Shown: piece after piece, positions 12,788-25,177 of the stretch
Position numbering within the stretch: position 1 is the first letter of the stretch
How the letters are laid out: the number at the start of each line of letters is the position of its first letter
Assembly (NCBI GenBank): GCA_002633005.1
Contig: NMRA01000040.1
Location: 989,805 to 1,053,804, forward strand
Source of the DNA: Phoronis australis
Taxonomy: Eukaryota > Animalia > Phoronida
Reading direction: 5' to 3'
DNA length: 64,000 nucleotides
Program-made: the position numbers and the translations under genes
Notes under the pieces: model-generated
What the model saw: the letters and a program-made list of their open reading frames with translations, nothing else
Told to the model about the DNA's origin: nothing
The model's database searches: none

Positions 12788-13190
12788 CTCCAGTACACAA
12801 GTACGCACGGCCAGGCAAAAATACGCAAATTCAGCAAATTCAAAAGAACAGAGACGATGGGGGGTGTAAATTGTCTAAAAGTTGGAGTAGTGTCATCACC
12901 TCGCCACTTAGTGTCCAATAGCTTCCGAAGATGGCTGCTGTGAGTAGCCGAAACTGTCAAGGTACAGCGTTTTTGCTTGGTTGTGTCAATAAGAATTAGT
13001 CTGTGTTCTCTACCAACCTTATGAAATTATTTAGTAATTAGTGAATTCAAAAGAGATTATTAATTCTCTTGTTAGTCAATAAATATGCCGATTTGTAGTC
13101 AAAATTGATGAGGAAGAAGATTTTAAAGTTAGAAATTAAAAAAAATTTGTGAAATCGTTATTTTAGCCAAAAAGTTGAGCTACAAATTGG

Positions 13191-13764
13191 GCTCGCTGGT
13201 TCCCTACGTGCCTAGCCAGCACACAGGTATCACGCAGAGGCAAGCGCTTTACCATTGGTTGATGTAACCTCAGCAGTCATTGGTTAGCGTTACAACACCG
13301 TGAAAAAATGGCGAACTGTGAATGATTTTTGCCTGGTCATGCAAGTGGCGTCGCAGCAACTATTTCAACGATTTTGTTTCTGCAGTGATGTTTAATAGCC
13401 GCATGCTTGAAGTACATAGATGTAGAATAAACACATATCTGGCTGATTTAACCGGTGTGTTATTCATACTATGTGAATACAGGACAGTATCATAAATGAA
13501 AGTCATCGACAGTAGAGAGATGCACTACAAAAAAGGGATTCACATTTCCTGAACATAAAATTTAAGCACCGATTTGTCTGTACAACAGACCACAGTTACA
13601 CTTCAGTCCATCAGTCATGCCAGTTTGTTTGCATAAAGCGTTGCCTGTTGAAAATTTGACTGGTCAATCAGAAAGGCCGGTGTAAAAAAATTTCCCAAGG
13701 AAAATTAAGTGATACCTGTGTGCTTCCTACTGACCACCTAGCGGCATGCAGGGAACTAGAGAGC
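13191..13764. mobile_element. MITE with imperfect ~40-55-bp TIRs
   Basis: GCTCGCTGGTTCCCTACGTGCC...AGCACACAGGTATCAC pairs with GTGATACCTGTGTGCT...GGCATGCAGGGAACTAGAGAGC. Confidence 0.6.
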
Positions 13765-15318
13765 AAACTCGGAAAACTTGCTTCGTTTCACTCTCGAAAT
13801 AGCCTGATAATCGGCAAATCGCGTGGCCCCTTCTATTGGTATGTGTGTCACAGGCAACAACTTATGTGATTTGTGGATTGCTTACTTCGTCTAATTCCGG
13901 CTATTTACGGCTAAATACGTACTGTTGACAAGATGACAAAGCATGAGTGGTAGCATATTCCGAGCTGTGAAGAAAGTAGCTTCTGAAAGAAGGGAACATC
14001 TGTTTTTGCCACGTTATTCCAAAGAATGACAATGTCTTATTCAAGGAACCGTGGACTTTATACTGCAAGTTCTATAGGGTGTTATTTTTTTGCGGACATG
14101 GTGACTGCGTGTTGAGTTGACGATAATACTCGAGCCACAGTTGAACCTCGAGCCAGTCGAGGTCTTTTAGCATGCATTACGGTGGTATGTGTTCACAGAC
14201 ACTTGCAATGAATAATTCAAAACTTTTGAATGGTTAAAGAAAATATTTTCTGGTGCAAAACATTGTCTAGTGTAGATTCATCAACACATTTTTGCAGATA
14301 TGTTTTTGTGTTAAGAAATGAGGTGTAGATTAGGCCTGTATTAATTAACATAACTAAGTTCAGTAAAGACATTTTCTATTGATTAACAAGATCTTTTCAC
14401 TAAATGCGTTGTCCCTCAACAAAACAACTTAAATTATTCTCAAAATTGGTGATCAATTCACTACGTGTATTTTAGAAACTGTTTCAGAGGCAAGTAAGTA
14501 GGAAAAGTACCCATGCCCATACCCATGGGGGGCTTGAATGAGTCCCCCATTTGGCAAAGTAGGCAAAAAGGTCCTGAGTGAAACCAAAAGTCCGTGAAAA
14601 CACTTAAGTCCATTAAAGAGGCAAGAATTCAGCGAAAGCTCTGAATGCTAAGCAAACCCATTGTTTTTTTTTGTTTTTTTTTTATAGTTAGTAAAGGTCC
14701 ACTGGGGAAAATTCATAACCCCCCCCTATATTTCGTCTGTACGCGAAAATCTGCAAATTTACTGAGAAATCTGCAAATCTTGTGATTCAGTGTACTCCAA
14801 TGCAGTTTTGGTGGTACACAGGTTTGTTACAAGGTAAGCTTTATTTATTTAGTTTTATAAGGACTTCTGAGCACATTACTATATGTATAACTTGCAAGAG
14901 TCATTTATTCTTAAACAGATAATGATTTACTCTGCCTTTGGAAACATATGGGATGGTTCCAAAGAAACATTTTAAGGAACTTACCAGCATGTTGATCATA
15001 AACAACTCTTTCCCATGTATGGCAGGCTGATTTAAACTATAAAGTTCCAATTTTGATTTCAAAAACATTTTAAATTTTGAATAATTTATTTCAACCAAAT
15101 AATAGACATTACTAATAGAAATGAGGAGAAAAATTCTTTCTCACACACACACACATGCACACACCTAATTGCTCTGCTGCTTGACTTAATTTACAGGGAA
15201 TCAATAACATTTTTTAATACTTTAAATAGTCTTGAGTCACAACAAACAAGAGTTTCAAACTAAAGAGGGTCAACAAACAGGAACATCTGTTGTTGGAGTT
15301 ACACTATCAATATCAATA

Positions 15319-16890
15319 TTTCACCAAGTATGTTGGTCTTCCATCAATTTTTTATTTTTTACTTGTATGTTGCTCTGTCGTCAATTTTTTGTTCGTACTC
15401 TACAGGTCGCCATTTTCGTCCGATTCTCACGAAATTTGCACACGACGTGTAAATCGGAAAGTCCTGGAAGGCTATTGTTTTTGGTCATGATCAGATTCAA
15501 AATGGCGGGCGTGGCGGCCATTTTGTTTCCTATTTCAGAGTCAAATGCTTATAGAGGCCGCATTTTTCGACGTACAGGGGTGAAATATGGTACGATTATT
15601 ATAGAACACGTGCTACTACTGCGCCGACAATCGTTGACTTCCGATCAAAGATGGCGGAACTATTGGAAGTGGCGCATGCGCACCTCGATATCTGACCGAA
15701 AACGTTTTTTGTTTAAGCGGAAGTCACTTTCAAGATGGCGGCTCTGGCGCATTTTCACCGGTTTTCAATAGTTCTGCTGTCGCATTTTTAACGGGAAAGC
15801 AAATGACGTGAATTTTTGCTTGTGAATTTCTTGAAATATGCTCTTTGAAAAGCTCTGCGATAACGTTTTTCTCAGACTTACCATTTTCGAGTTATCTGAC
15901 TTTGAATTTCAAAAAATGCAAAATTTCAATTTTTTCGAAAAATTTATGGAATGTTGCAAAATATCAAGTTAGATAGAGTTTTGAACGGGCTTTCAGAAGA
16001 TATTTTCCATTTTTCACTACGACTTCTACTTTTTGAATTATTCGAAATTTTCTGATAGGGCTCTTCCTTTGTCGACTGCTCTTGCTGCACTGATGTTGGT
16101 TTAGCTTCTGTTGAACAACACCATGAAGTCATTGCTCATAGAGGCTGCATTTTTTGACGTGCAGGACTGAAAATTGGTATGTTTATTATTATAGCACACA
16201 AGCACTACAACTGCACCATAAATCTTTAACTTCCGGTCAAAGATGGCGGAAATATTGGCAAAAGCGCATGCGCACCTCGATAACTGGCCAAAAACGTTTT
16301 TTCCTGTAGAGGGCGCATTGGCGAACCAATCATTTTCAAACTGGTTACGTGTTTGTTGCTATTGATTGGTTTTAAAAAATTTTGGTTAACCGGAAGTCAC
16401 TTTCAAGATGGTGGCTCTGGCGTATTTTCACCCCTATTGCAATCATTCTACGGTCGCATTTTTAACGGGAAGAACAAATGACTTGAATTTTTGCATGTGG
16501 ATTCCTTGAAGTATGCTCTTTCAAAAGTTCTGTGATAACGTTTTTCGCAGACTTACCGTATTCGAGTTATTTCAATTTTTTCGAAAAAATTATGGAATGT
16601 TGCGAAACTATCATTTTAGATAGAATTTGGAACGGGCAGGAGATGTTTTCCATTTTACGCTAGGACGTCTACTTTTTGAATTATTAGAGATTTTCTGATA
16701 GCGCTGTTCCTTTGTTGAGCGCTCTTACTGCATTGATGTTGGTTTAGTTTATTTGAACAAGACTGTAGCTTATTTCTTACTAATTTATGACATCTAAGTT
16801 TGTCGTATGAATGTTATCGTGTTGTTCATAATCTCCGCCTTCATCATCACAATCATCAACGTCGTTAATTTTACCTATTGTCGCTCAAGA
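15319..16890 (+). mobile_element. Family A non-autonomous Helentron/DINE-like element with an internally duplicated core
   Basis: Collinear with 31331-32541. The core (AAGATGGCGG, GCGCATGCGCA, CGGAAGT) occurs twice, at ~15540-16135 and ~16135-16870. Confidence 0.7.
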
Positions 16891-17404
16891 CTAGGTTGCT
16901 CTGAACAGTCAGGCCGCGGCCACAGAGCATTTTCTAATCCCCAGAATTTATGTTGAGGGCGTGTGTCGGGTTCGGCGGGTGGTTTGAAGAAATTGTTGAC
17001 AACAATTGCCAGTGTGTTTTTGAATGAGGAAAGCCAAGTTTTACCTACTTTTGATGCAAACTGGTGGCTGTCATTTGCTATCAACCCCTGTCGTCTGCTG
17101 TCCGAGAAACCGGGTGCGATTTCAGGTGGCTGTCAGACAGATCAAATTTGCCAAAAAAAGCAGTTGGTAAGAGGTTTACTATGACCACATAGTTAGAAAA
17201 TAGTGAGGACGAGCATTCTGAATCTGTAGTCGGACTTTTTCTATCACTTGCAGGGAAGTGGTTATTTCGGGGAGAAAATTGTCAAATTCGGCGTTTTTTG
17301 CAAATAGTTTTGTGTGCCGGGATTTTCTTGCCATGTATATTGAGCGATCAGAAATCTGTACAGTTCGATAGAGTTTTAAACGGGCTTTCATAAGATATTT
17401 TTCA

Positions 17405-18052
17405 TTTCTCGCTAGTCATAATCGTCGTCGTCGTCCTCCCCATCGTCCTGTTTTCGCGTAATTTCGCCAAGTGTCACTCCTCCGAGCGCTCTCGCACTGT
17501 TGCCAGTTTACTGGGTGCGTGAACAAGACTGCAGGGTATATCTTACTGATTTGTTCGCTAGTCACATGAATGTTATGGTGTTGTTCATAATCTCCACCTT
17601 CATCGTCATGATCGTCGTCGTCGTCCTCCCCATCGTCTTGTTTTCGCGTAATTTCACCACGTGTCGCTCCTCCGAGTGCTCTCGCACTGTTGCCAGTTTA
17701 CCGGGTACGTGAACAAGACTGCAGGATATTTCTTACTGATTTGTTCGCTAGTCACATGAATGTTATCGTGTTGTTCATAATCTCCGCCTTCATCGTCGTC
17801 GTCGTCCTCCCCATGGTCTTGATTTCGCGTAATTTCGCCAAGTGTCGCTCCTTCGAGCGCTCTCGCACTGTTGCCAGTTTACCGGGTGCGTGAACAAGAC
17901 TGCAGGCTATTTCTTATTGATGTGTTCGCTAGTCACATCAATGTTATCGTGTTGTTCATAATCTCTGCCTTCATCGTCATGATTGTCGTCGTCCTCACTA
18001 TCGTCCTGTTTTCGCGTAATTTCGCCTAGTGTTGCTCCTTTGAGCGCTCTCG
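17405..18052 (+). repeat. Tandem array (~184-190-bp unit, ~3.5 copies) of the family A 3' end
   Basis: AATTTCGCCAAGTGTCGCTCCTCCGAGCGCTCTCG recurs at ~17460, 17650, 17831 and 18018. Confidence 0.85.
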
Positions 18053-18054
18053 GT

Positions 18055-19203
18055 TTTTTTTGTTTGTTACAGGTCGCAATTTTCGTCCGATCATCACCAA
18101 ATTTACAAATAACACGTAGTTTCGGAAGTACTGGAAGCGTATTGTTTTTCGTCATAATCGGATCCAAGATGGTGGCTGTGGCGGCCATTTTGTTTTCATT
18201 TTAAGATACGAAGGCTTCTGGAGGCTACAATTTTTTACGTACAGGGCTGAAAATCGGCACAATTATTGGACCAGGTGTACACTACACGTATACCGGAAAT
18301 TGTTCACTTCCGTTCAAAGATGCGAAAATGTTGGCACCCACACATGCGCACCTCGATTTCGGGAAAAAACGTTTTCTCCTGTAGAGGGCTCATTATAGGG
18401 CCAATTACTTCGAATTTTTGCAGATATTAGTTTCTTATGACATGCTATTATACAAAGCCAAAAAAACGGAAGTTGCTTTCAAGATGGCGGATCTGGCGCA
18501 TGTTGACCCATTTTTAGTCGAGCTGAGGTGCTATTTAAACGGGTGGAGGAAATGATATGAATTTTTGCATGTGAATTCCCTGAGGTATACTCTTTCAAAT
18601 AAACTCTAAGAATTTTTTCTCAGACTTAACTGTTTTCGAGATATTTGACTTAAAAAAATGAGAAATTTCATTTTTTCGAAAAATTTACGGAGTTAGGTGA
18701 TACTATCAATTTAGATTGAGTTTTGAATGAGCTTTCAGAAGATATTTTCCATTTTTTTGCTAGGACGTCTAATTTGCGAGTTATTTGAGATTTTCTGATG
18801 ACGCTGTTCCTTTGTTGAGCGCTCTTGCTGCATTGATGTTGGTTTAGCTTCTGTTGAACTAGACTGTAGCCTATTTCTAATTGATTTATGACATCTAAGT
18901 TCGTCATATGAATGTTATGATGTTGTTCATCATCTCCACCACCATCATCATATTTGTCATCTTCGTCATCATCTCCGATGTCGTCTTTTCTTCAGTTAAT
19001 TTCGCCAAGTGTCGCTCAAGACTGTAGCCTATCGCTTAGTGATTTCTGACCTCTACGTTAGTCATATGAATGATATCATAACTTGCAATGTCCATCATCA
19101 CCACCATCGTCGTCATAGCTGTCATCTGCGTCATTTTCTGGTCATCTCTAACATGTTTTTTTGGGTAATTTCACCAAGTTTCGCTTCTTGGAGCGCTTTC
19201 ATT
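18055..19203 (+). mobile_element. Family A Helentron/DINE-like element
   Basis: Collinear with the other A copies. It ends AATTTCACCAAGTTTCGCTTCTTGGAGCGCTTTCATTT. Confidence 0.75.
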
Positions 19204-19785
19204 TTGTATTGCAGAGAAGAGCTTTTTGTGAGTGTAATATTAATTCAAAATATAAAGCCAGCAACAAACAACCATGTAGCATTGTGGCTAATCTCTCTCA
19301 GTTCAGAAGATTATCATAATCACATACAGCTGGTGATAATCTGAACTGTGATATACTGTAGACTCAAAAACACAATTTGCCTATCTGTGCCTGGAGCTAT
19401 GGTGCAACCTGGTCACCAATTTAACCTAATTGCAGCTGATTGGGGGTTTCTGCATAAACTTTCGTGATAAATGTTTCTGCCCTATAAATGTCTCTTTATC
19501 TGATTTTATATTACTTGACAAAGGGTGATGTGAAAGTAAACTTGCCTAACTGCTGTTTGTCAAGTTTGTCTAGTGTCAGACAATTTCTCAAGACACAAAA
19601 CAGAACAAGTTAATAACAAAATCTATATTACCTCTCAAACACACACACACAAAACACACAAACTCATGATAGTGATTGCCGATTCTAGAATTGCTATAGT
19701 TCACAAGGGTCTCAGTGTCTCTTTATGGTCTTACACGTGCCACAACTTTGGCTTCTCAGCACAATGCAGAGATTTTCACTGCTTC

Positions 19786-19857
19786 ACAAATATTACGGCG
19801 CCCAGCTTGACCAGCCTCTTGGGGACAAATATTACGCCGCCCAGCTTGACCAGCCTC
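19786..19857. repeat. Short tandem duplication (39-bp period, 2 copies)
   Basis: ACAAATATTACG(G/C)CGCCCAGCTTGACCAGCCTC occurs twice. Confidence 0.85.
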
Positions 19858-20522
19858 CTGCACCCATGGTTGAGCTGCGTGGTGATAAAACTTCAGGGTC
19901 ACCTAGAAATTACATAGGTACAGTATCAAGTAAGTCAACCGACTTAATAACCAACCATAGCATAAACGTGTTTTCGAATTGCATCTAGAAGAAATGCTAA
20001 GGCACGTAACGCTCAAGTAAATTAAACTGACTAGCATAATATATAAGTAAATACCTGAACTAACAAATATTCGATACAAAGCACACTTACGTGTTCCAAA
20101 GCGTTTTGACTGGTATGAGCACCATGTGCTTCAAATATAAAGTAAGAGCGTGGCAAAGCACAACTGCTCTCCGTCCAAATTATCAGTAGACTGCCCGGTA
20201 ACACATGTATACCAGCATAATCATGACAGCTACCTGCACTTGCAAAACGAGCACATTTTGATAACAATACAAAGGGGTTGGCTCTGCATAGACCAACTAA
20301 CAACAGCAATCTCTTGATATTCAAATCATATACAAGTCAGACCAAATTGTGACACTGTTTTACATCTAAAAGTATGGTAAAATCTCAATGTTAGTATACG
20401 GTACCAAAATGTGATGCTTTACCACATCTAAGTTCTGTACCATAACTACCAACATACAATATCTTTCAAAAAGTATGAGTGTTCGAAACAAGGTTAGAAG
20501 TCCTTGAAAAATTAAAAAGTGC

Positions 20523-21812
20523 TTTTTTATGCACCCACATATTTTTATGTGGACGCATTATGGCGTCATCTCCGTCCGTCCGGGCAGCGTCCGTCCGGCG
20601 TCCGCTGCTCTATCTCCAAAACCCTTTGACATACGTTCATGAAGTTTGGCACATATGTTGCATTCATGAATGGGACGGCATGAGCAAACTTTGGGACGGA
20701 TCCACATACCGTTGTGCCCCCTAGTGTCAATTTTAGTTTTTTACGCTTACCTTTGTATCTTCAAAAGTCCTGAACGGATTTTCATTAAACTTAGTATGTA
20801 GGCACCTATTAGTAAGATGACGCTATCATCCCGTTTTCGGATGTATTCGATGCAGTTTGTGCCACCTAGTGGCCATTTTTTACTGTTTTTGAGTCTGTTT
20901 TTTGCGTCTACCCCTCTATCAACCAAACCGCTCAAAGGATGATTGTGAAAATCGGTATGTATGTGCTTACTATAAGGAGGACGGTTGGCGATAATCTTCC
21001 GACGATTTCGACTTCTGTGGCACCTCCTAGTGGCAGTTTTGTTTTTGTTGCGCCTATGGCTGTATCTCCTAAATAGTTCACAGGATCTTTACTTGATTTA
21101 GCAAGTGTATTTATGTGATGTTGACTACCGATGACGACGGCTTTCAGACAGATCTGAGTACTGCTGTGCGACCTAGTGGCAATTTTAGTTTTTTACGTTT
21201 AACTCAGTATCTTCAAAGGTCCTCAACAGATTTTCATAAAATTTTAAATATAGGCATCTATTGGTGTGATGATGCTATCTGCCTGTTTTTGGATGGAATC
21301 TAGGTATTTTGCACCACCTAGTGGCCACTTTTGCTGTTTTCAAATCTTGTTTTTTTGGTGTCCATCCCTGTATCAACCAAATCATTTGGAAATAGGCATA
21401 ATATGTTCTTAGTGTGAAGACGACCTTTGATGATGGTGACTGATTACTGTGGTGCCTCCTGGTGGTAGTTTTGTTTTGCGCCCATAGTTGTATCTCCTAA
21501 ACCCACTGCAGGATCTTTACTAAATTTACATAAGTGTATTTATATGAAGATGACAACAGACGACAACTTTCAGGTGAATCCAACGGACACTGTGCCCACT
21601 ACTGGCAATTTCATTTTATTCTGTTTTCCTTTGTTTCTCTGAAGTTCCTTGACAGATTTTTATGAAATATGGCCATGTTCCTGTTTTTGGATGGATTGTT
21701 TGTTTTTGCGCCATCTAGTTTCCATTTTTATGTTACAAATAATAATCCTAAAAGCACACCATTTGCAATGCATTCGTGGGTGCATTATTTCAATGTTCCG
21801 CGTTGCTCTTGT
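20523..21812 (+). mobile_element. Family B Helentron/DINE-like element with ~150-bp internal repeats bearing CTCF-type motifs
   Basis: The 5' end is TTTTATGCACCCAC, followed by the palindrome CCACATATTTTTATGTGG and (GTCC)n. The 3' end is the inverted GTGGGTGCAT, a CAAYGYTCCGCGTTG hairpin and CTCTTGTT. Confidence 0.75.
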
Positions 21813-22719
21813 TGACAATTTGTTTGAAATTGGTAAGATTTTACTATAGCCCCTTATCTTTCAACCAGTTCTTGCTGTTCTGAGAATATTGTAGCAATGT
21901 TTCCTAACCACTGGCATTAACTGCAACCTTGAGTTGCAACTGAGTGCACTGCTTCCATTTAATAATTGTTTTTGGTCACACACAATTTTATTGTAAATGA
22001 TGGCAATAGTCACACAGAGGGGTCCCAGTGATAAACAGTTTTATGCCCGTTTCTGAGTTTTATGCCTGTTTCTGAGTGGAGAAAATTGGTTCCCAAAATG
22101 TGGAACCTCTGTAAGTAACCATAACCTAAAATGCCAGTCCATGTACCGTGATAACTCTACCTCTGCATCTGCCATTGTATACATCAAGTCTAAATTTCCA
22201 ATGGGACATCTGTGGCATGTCTTCCATCAGTTAACAATGATGATAGCAACTTGAACTTTTCTAACTTTTCTATTGGCATGTTGTTTCACTAGTACTGAGC
22301 AAAAGACTGTCTGAAAAACCGAATATTTGAAGGATGCTTGACATTTAATACTGTGGTGGTAATTAAGCAGCAGTGTAGTGGTGTTGTATGACATCTGTTC
22401 AGTCAGACAAAGCAGAAGTACTTGAGTTGAGTATATTGGCACGAGTCCTTCCCTGTGGCATGGTTTACGTATGGTAGTCCACAGCTGTGCTCATTTCCGA
22501 TGGTGTTATGCTTTACCTTTTCATACAAGTATTATATAGCTCTTAAGATAATTAGCTGCTTTTGTTACCAAGGATCAAACCCTTTTAAGTATTAGATAGT
22601 AGACCCATTTTCAAAATCGTTGATGTTCACAGAATCTTGTTAAGTTCAAGAAAGCAATGACAAGATATGCATAATTATTGCTTTGCTTCATTTGGTCTCA
22701 GTGAAGACAAGTAAGTGAT

Positions 22720-22864
22720 ATTACAATAAAAAGGAGATTTTCAACTTCAACATGTTTCGATATCTCAAACATCATCATGTTAGATGGCCTTGATTGCTTG
22801 TCCTTATGATGATGTTTGAGATATCAAAACATGTTGAAGTTGAAAAATCTTGTTTTTATTAATA
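22720..22864. repeat. Near-perfect fold-back (~52-bp arms, ~25-nt loop); tiny MITE or hairpin
   Basis: AATAAAAAGGAGATTTTCAACTTCAACATGTTTCGATATCTCAAACATCATCAT pairs with ATGATGATGTTTGAGATATCAAAACATGTTGAAGTTGAAAAATCTTGTTTTTATT. Confidence 0.85.
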
Positions 22865-24798
22865 TTTGCTTTGTTTCTGCTAAAAATCTGGACTTTTCAC
22901 AGGATTTGCTTGTTTCTTGCAAAATAACTTGTTTGTGGAAAATATGACGATCTCTTAGAGAAATCATGACTTAAGAAAAAATGCAATTTATTTCATGTGA
23001 TTACAAACATCTGGGCATTGGTTCATGCACATAATAATATTTTGGGATCATCACGGCTTTTAAAAATATGAAGTTTTTTGGGTCTATTCTTTAAAAATAT
23101 TGAAATTTGAAACTTGTTAATGAACGTAGTATAAATAAGAACTGTTACAATGATATGTAACACCATAGCAGAAATGTGGTAGGTGCTGTACACCTTTACC
23201 AGGCTAACACACTTAATTAGAAGTTGGTTTTTCTGTTTGTATGAAAAGTGATGCCTGCAGTTGGTAAAACCAAATAAATTCAACTTTAACTGAACAGGTG
23301 TCTATATACCTGTACACTGAAAACCGACGTACATACATGTGTTTATATGTACGTGCAGAGGGTGAAAACATTTAGTCTACCCACCTTTCTGTATTTAAGA
23401 TATGGTAGGTGGAAATAACCATTCCTGTCACGTATCTAATATTAAGTACTGTTTTTCAGACATTTTGGTCTACAGGCATGTCCATTTTTACGAGGCAATG
23501 CTCTGGACTGTGGTTCTTATAGGTGCAATGATGGGTGTTTGATCATCAGGAAACGTTAACAATGACAACATTATCGCACAAAAACCTCCTCCTCCTGTGT
23601 AGCAATAGTACATGACTTGTAATCAATATCTGTACAAAACTACCTGTTTCTAGCACTACAATTTGCCATATGTTGGTTTAGCTGTAGATATTGCTATGGC
23701 CCATAGTGCAAAATGGATCATTTGCAGAGCACTACATGTAAGCCTCCACATGAACACAAAAGAAGACATGTTAAGTGTAAAGGAAGTAACAAAAGAACAA
23801 TTTCTATACCATATCACTAAAGCTGTCCTTCTGAATCAGAGTAGAAGAACTGAGCACAGCTTACCCTGCATACAGTTACTTTTGTGGTATCACATTGAAC
23901 TCTGTTTTAGAGTCTATGCTTGTGTTATTTCAAATTGGCATTATTAAAGATTTTCTTGTTGATTTGTTTTTGCTATGGGAATTGTAGTGTTTGCCCAGCT
24001 ACATTTTTGCATCATTTGACATAAGCAAGCAACATTTTGAGGTGATAGGTGCATCACCTCAATGCAGTTTTAAAAAGTTGTTAAGTAATAAAATTAAAGA
24101 ACAGCATGTTTTATTACTTGATTATTTTCTACCGGTAAAAGATCAGCAGATTCATCTCATTTCCATATTGTTTGTCGTCCTGTGCTGATTTACGGAGTCC
24201 TATTTTCGAGGAACCCAGTAACAATTTTGGATGGTGTGTTCAGTGGACTCCAGTGTTTAGAAGTGCAGGGCGAACACTGGAATTGGACTGTTGATATTAT
24301 TTTGCTGCTGCCATGTTATCGTTTGTTAAGTGATAATCTAAAGCCGTTTTGATGATTGACCATCTGTGCTATAAGACTATGTATGATACATTTGATGGTC
24401 ACATTCCTTGTCAGTATATGCAGTATAAACAAAATTTTAAGCATCATCAACCAATGATGCTCCGTACAAAACCTCTACCTTTTTAATTTTACTCACTTAC
24501 TGAATGTGATCATGAACTTCAGAAAAGTTGTTTATTCTGCAGTAAAACTGATATCCTTAACATACAGTTCTTTTATCATTGTTGTTGCTGTCATCTTCAC
24601 CACAGTCATAGTCGATCATTAATGCTCTTTTCATTTTGTTTCACCATGTGTCACATTGCAGAGTGCTTTATTCCATATCAATTGTGCATTTACTACCACT
24701 AGGCTTCTATGTTTTCTGTAGTTAATGTGGACATGCATTTATAGGTAGTAACCTTTCTGTTCTGTTGTAGGTGACATCAACACGAGGCATCTTACATC

Positions 24799-24816
24799 AT
24801 GGTGATCCTCACCAGG
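24799..24816 (+). CDS. MYO7A: Myosin VIIa, first coding exon (MVILTR); the exon starts at 24771 with 5' UTR
   Basis: Acceptor TTCTGTTCTGTTGTAG ends at 24770, ATG at 24799, donor GTAAGT at 24817. It matches the MVILxx start of myosin VIIa and joins the next exon in phase 0. Confidence 0.85.
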
Positions 24817-25177
24817 GTAAGTGGATATCTCTACTGAACTGGGTGTGCAATAACCCCGTTTGAGAAATTTGTCTCTTACTCTTCACAACAATGGTCTTCA
24901 TGAGTCCCAAGGGAATTTTGGTTTTGGTATCAAAGTCTGACATGAAGATTTAGAAATCCAAGTCCCACTTGGCCCCTGATTCCCACTGACTAATAGTCGC
25001 TCCTATCCATTTGGCTATCAGAAGCTATAAAGACCACCTGGATTAGTGTGTGTGTGTGTGCGTGCATGTCTGCATTATAGGTAGCAAAACCCTATTCAGA
25101 TACTGATATGTACCCTGTGTAGTGCTTAATAGTAATTTAGATGTTATTATATATTGCCCAAAGGTTGAATTTTTGCA

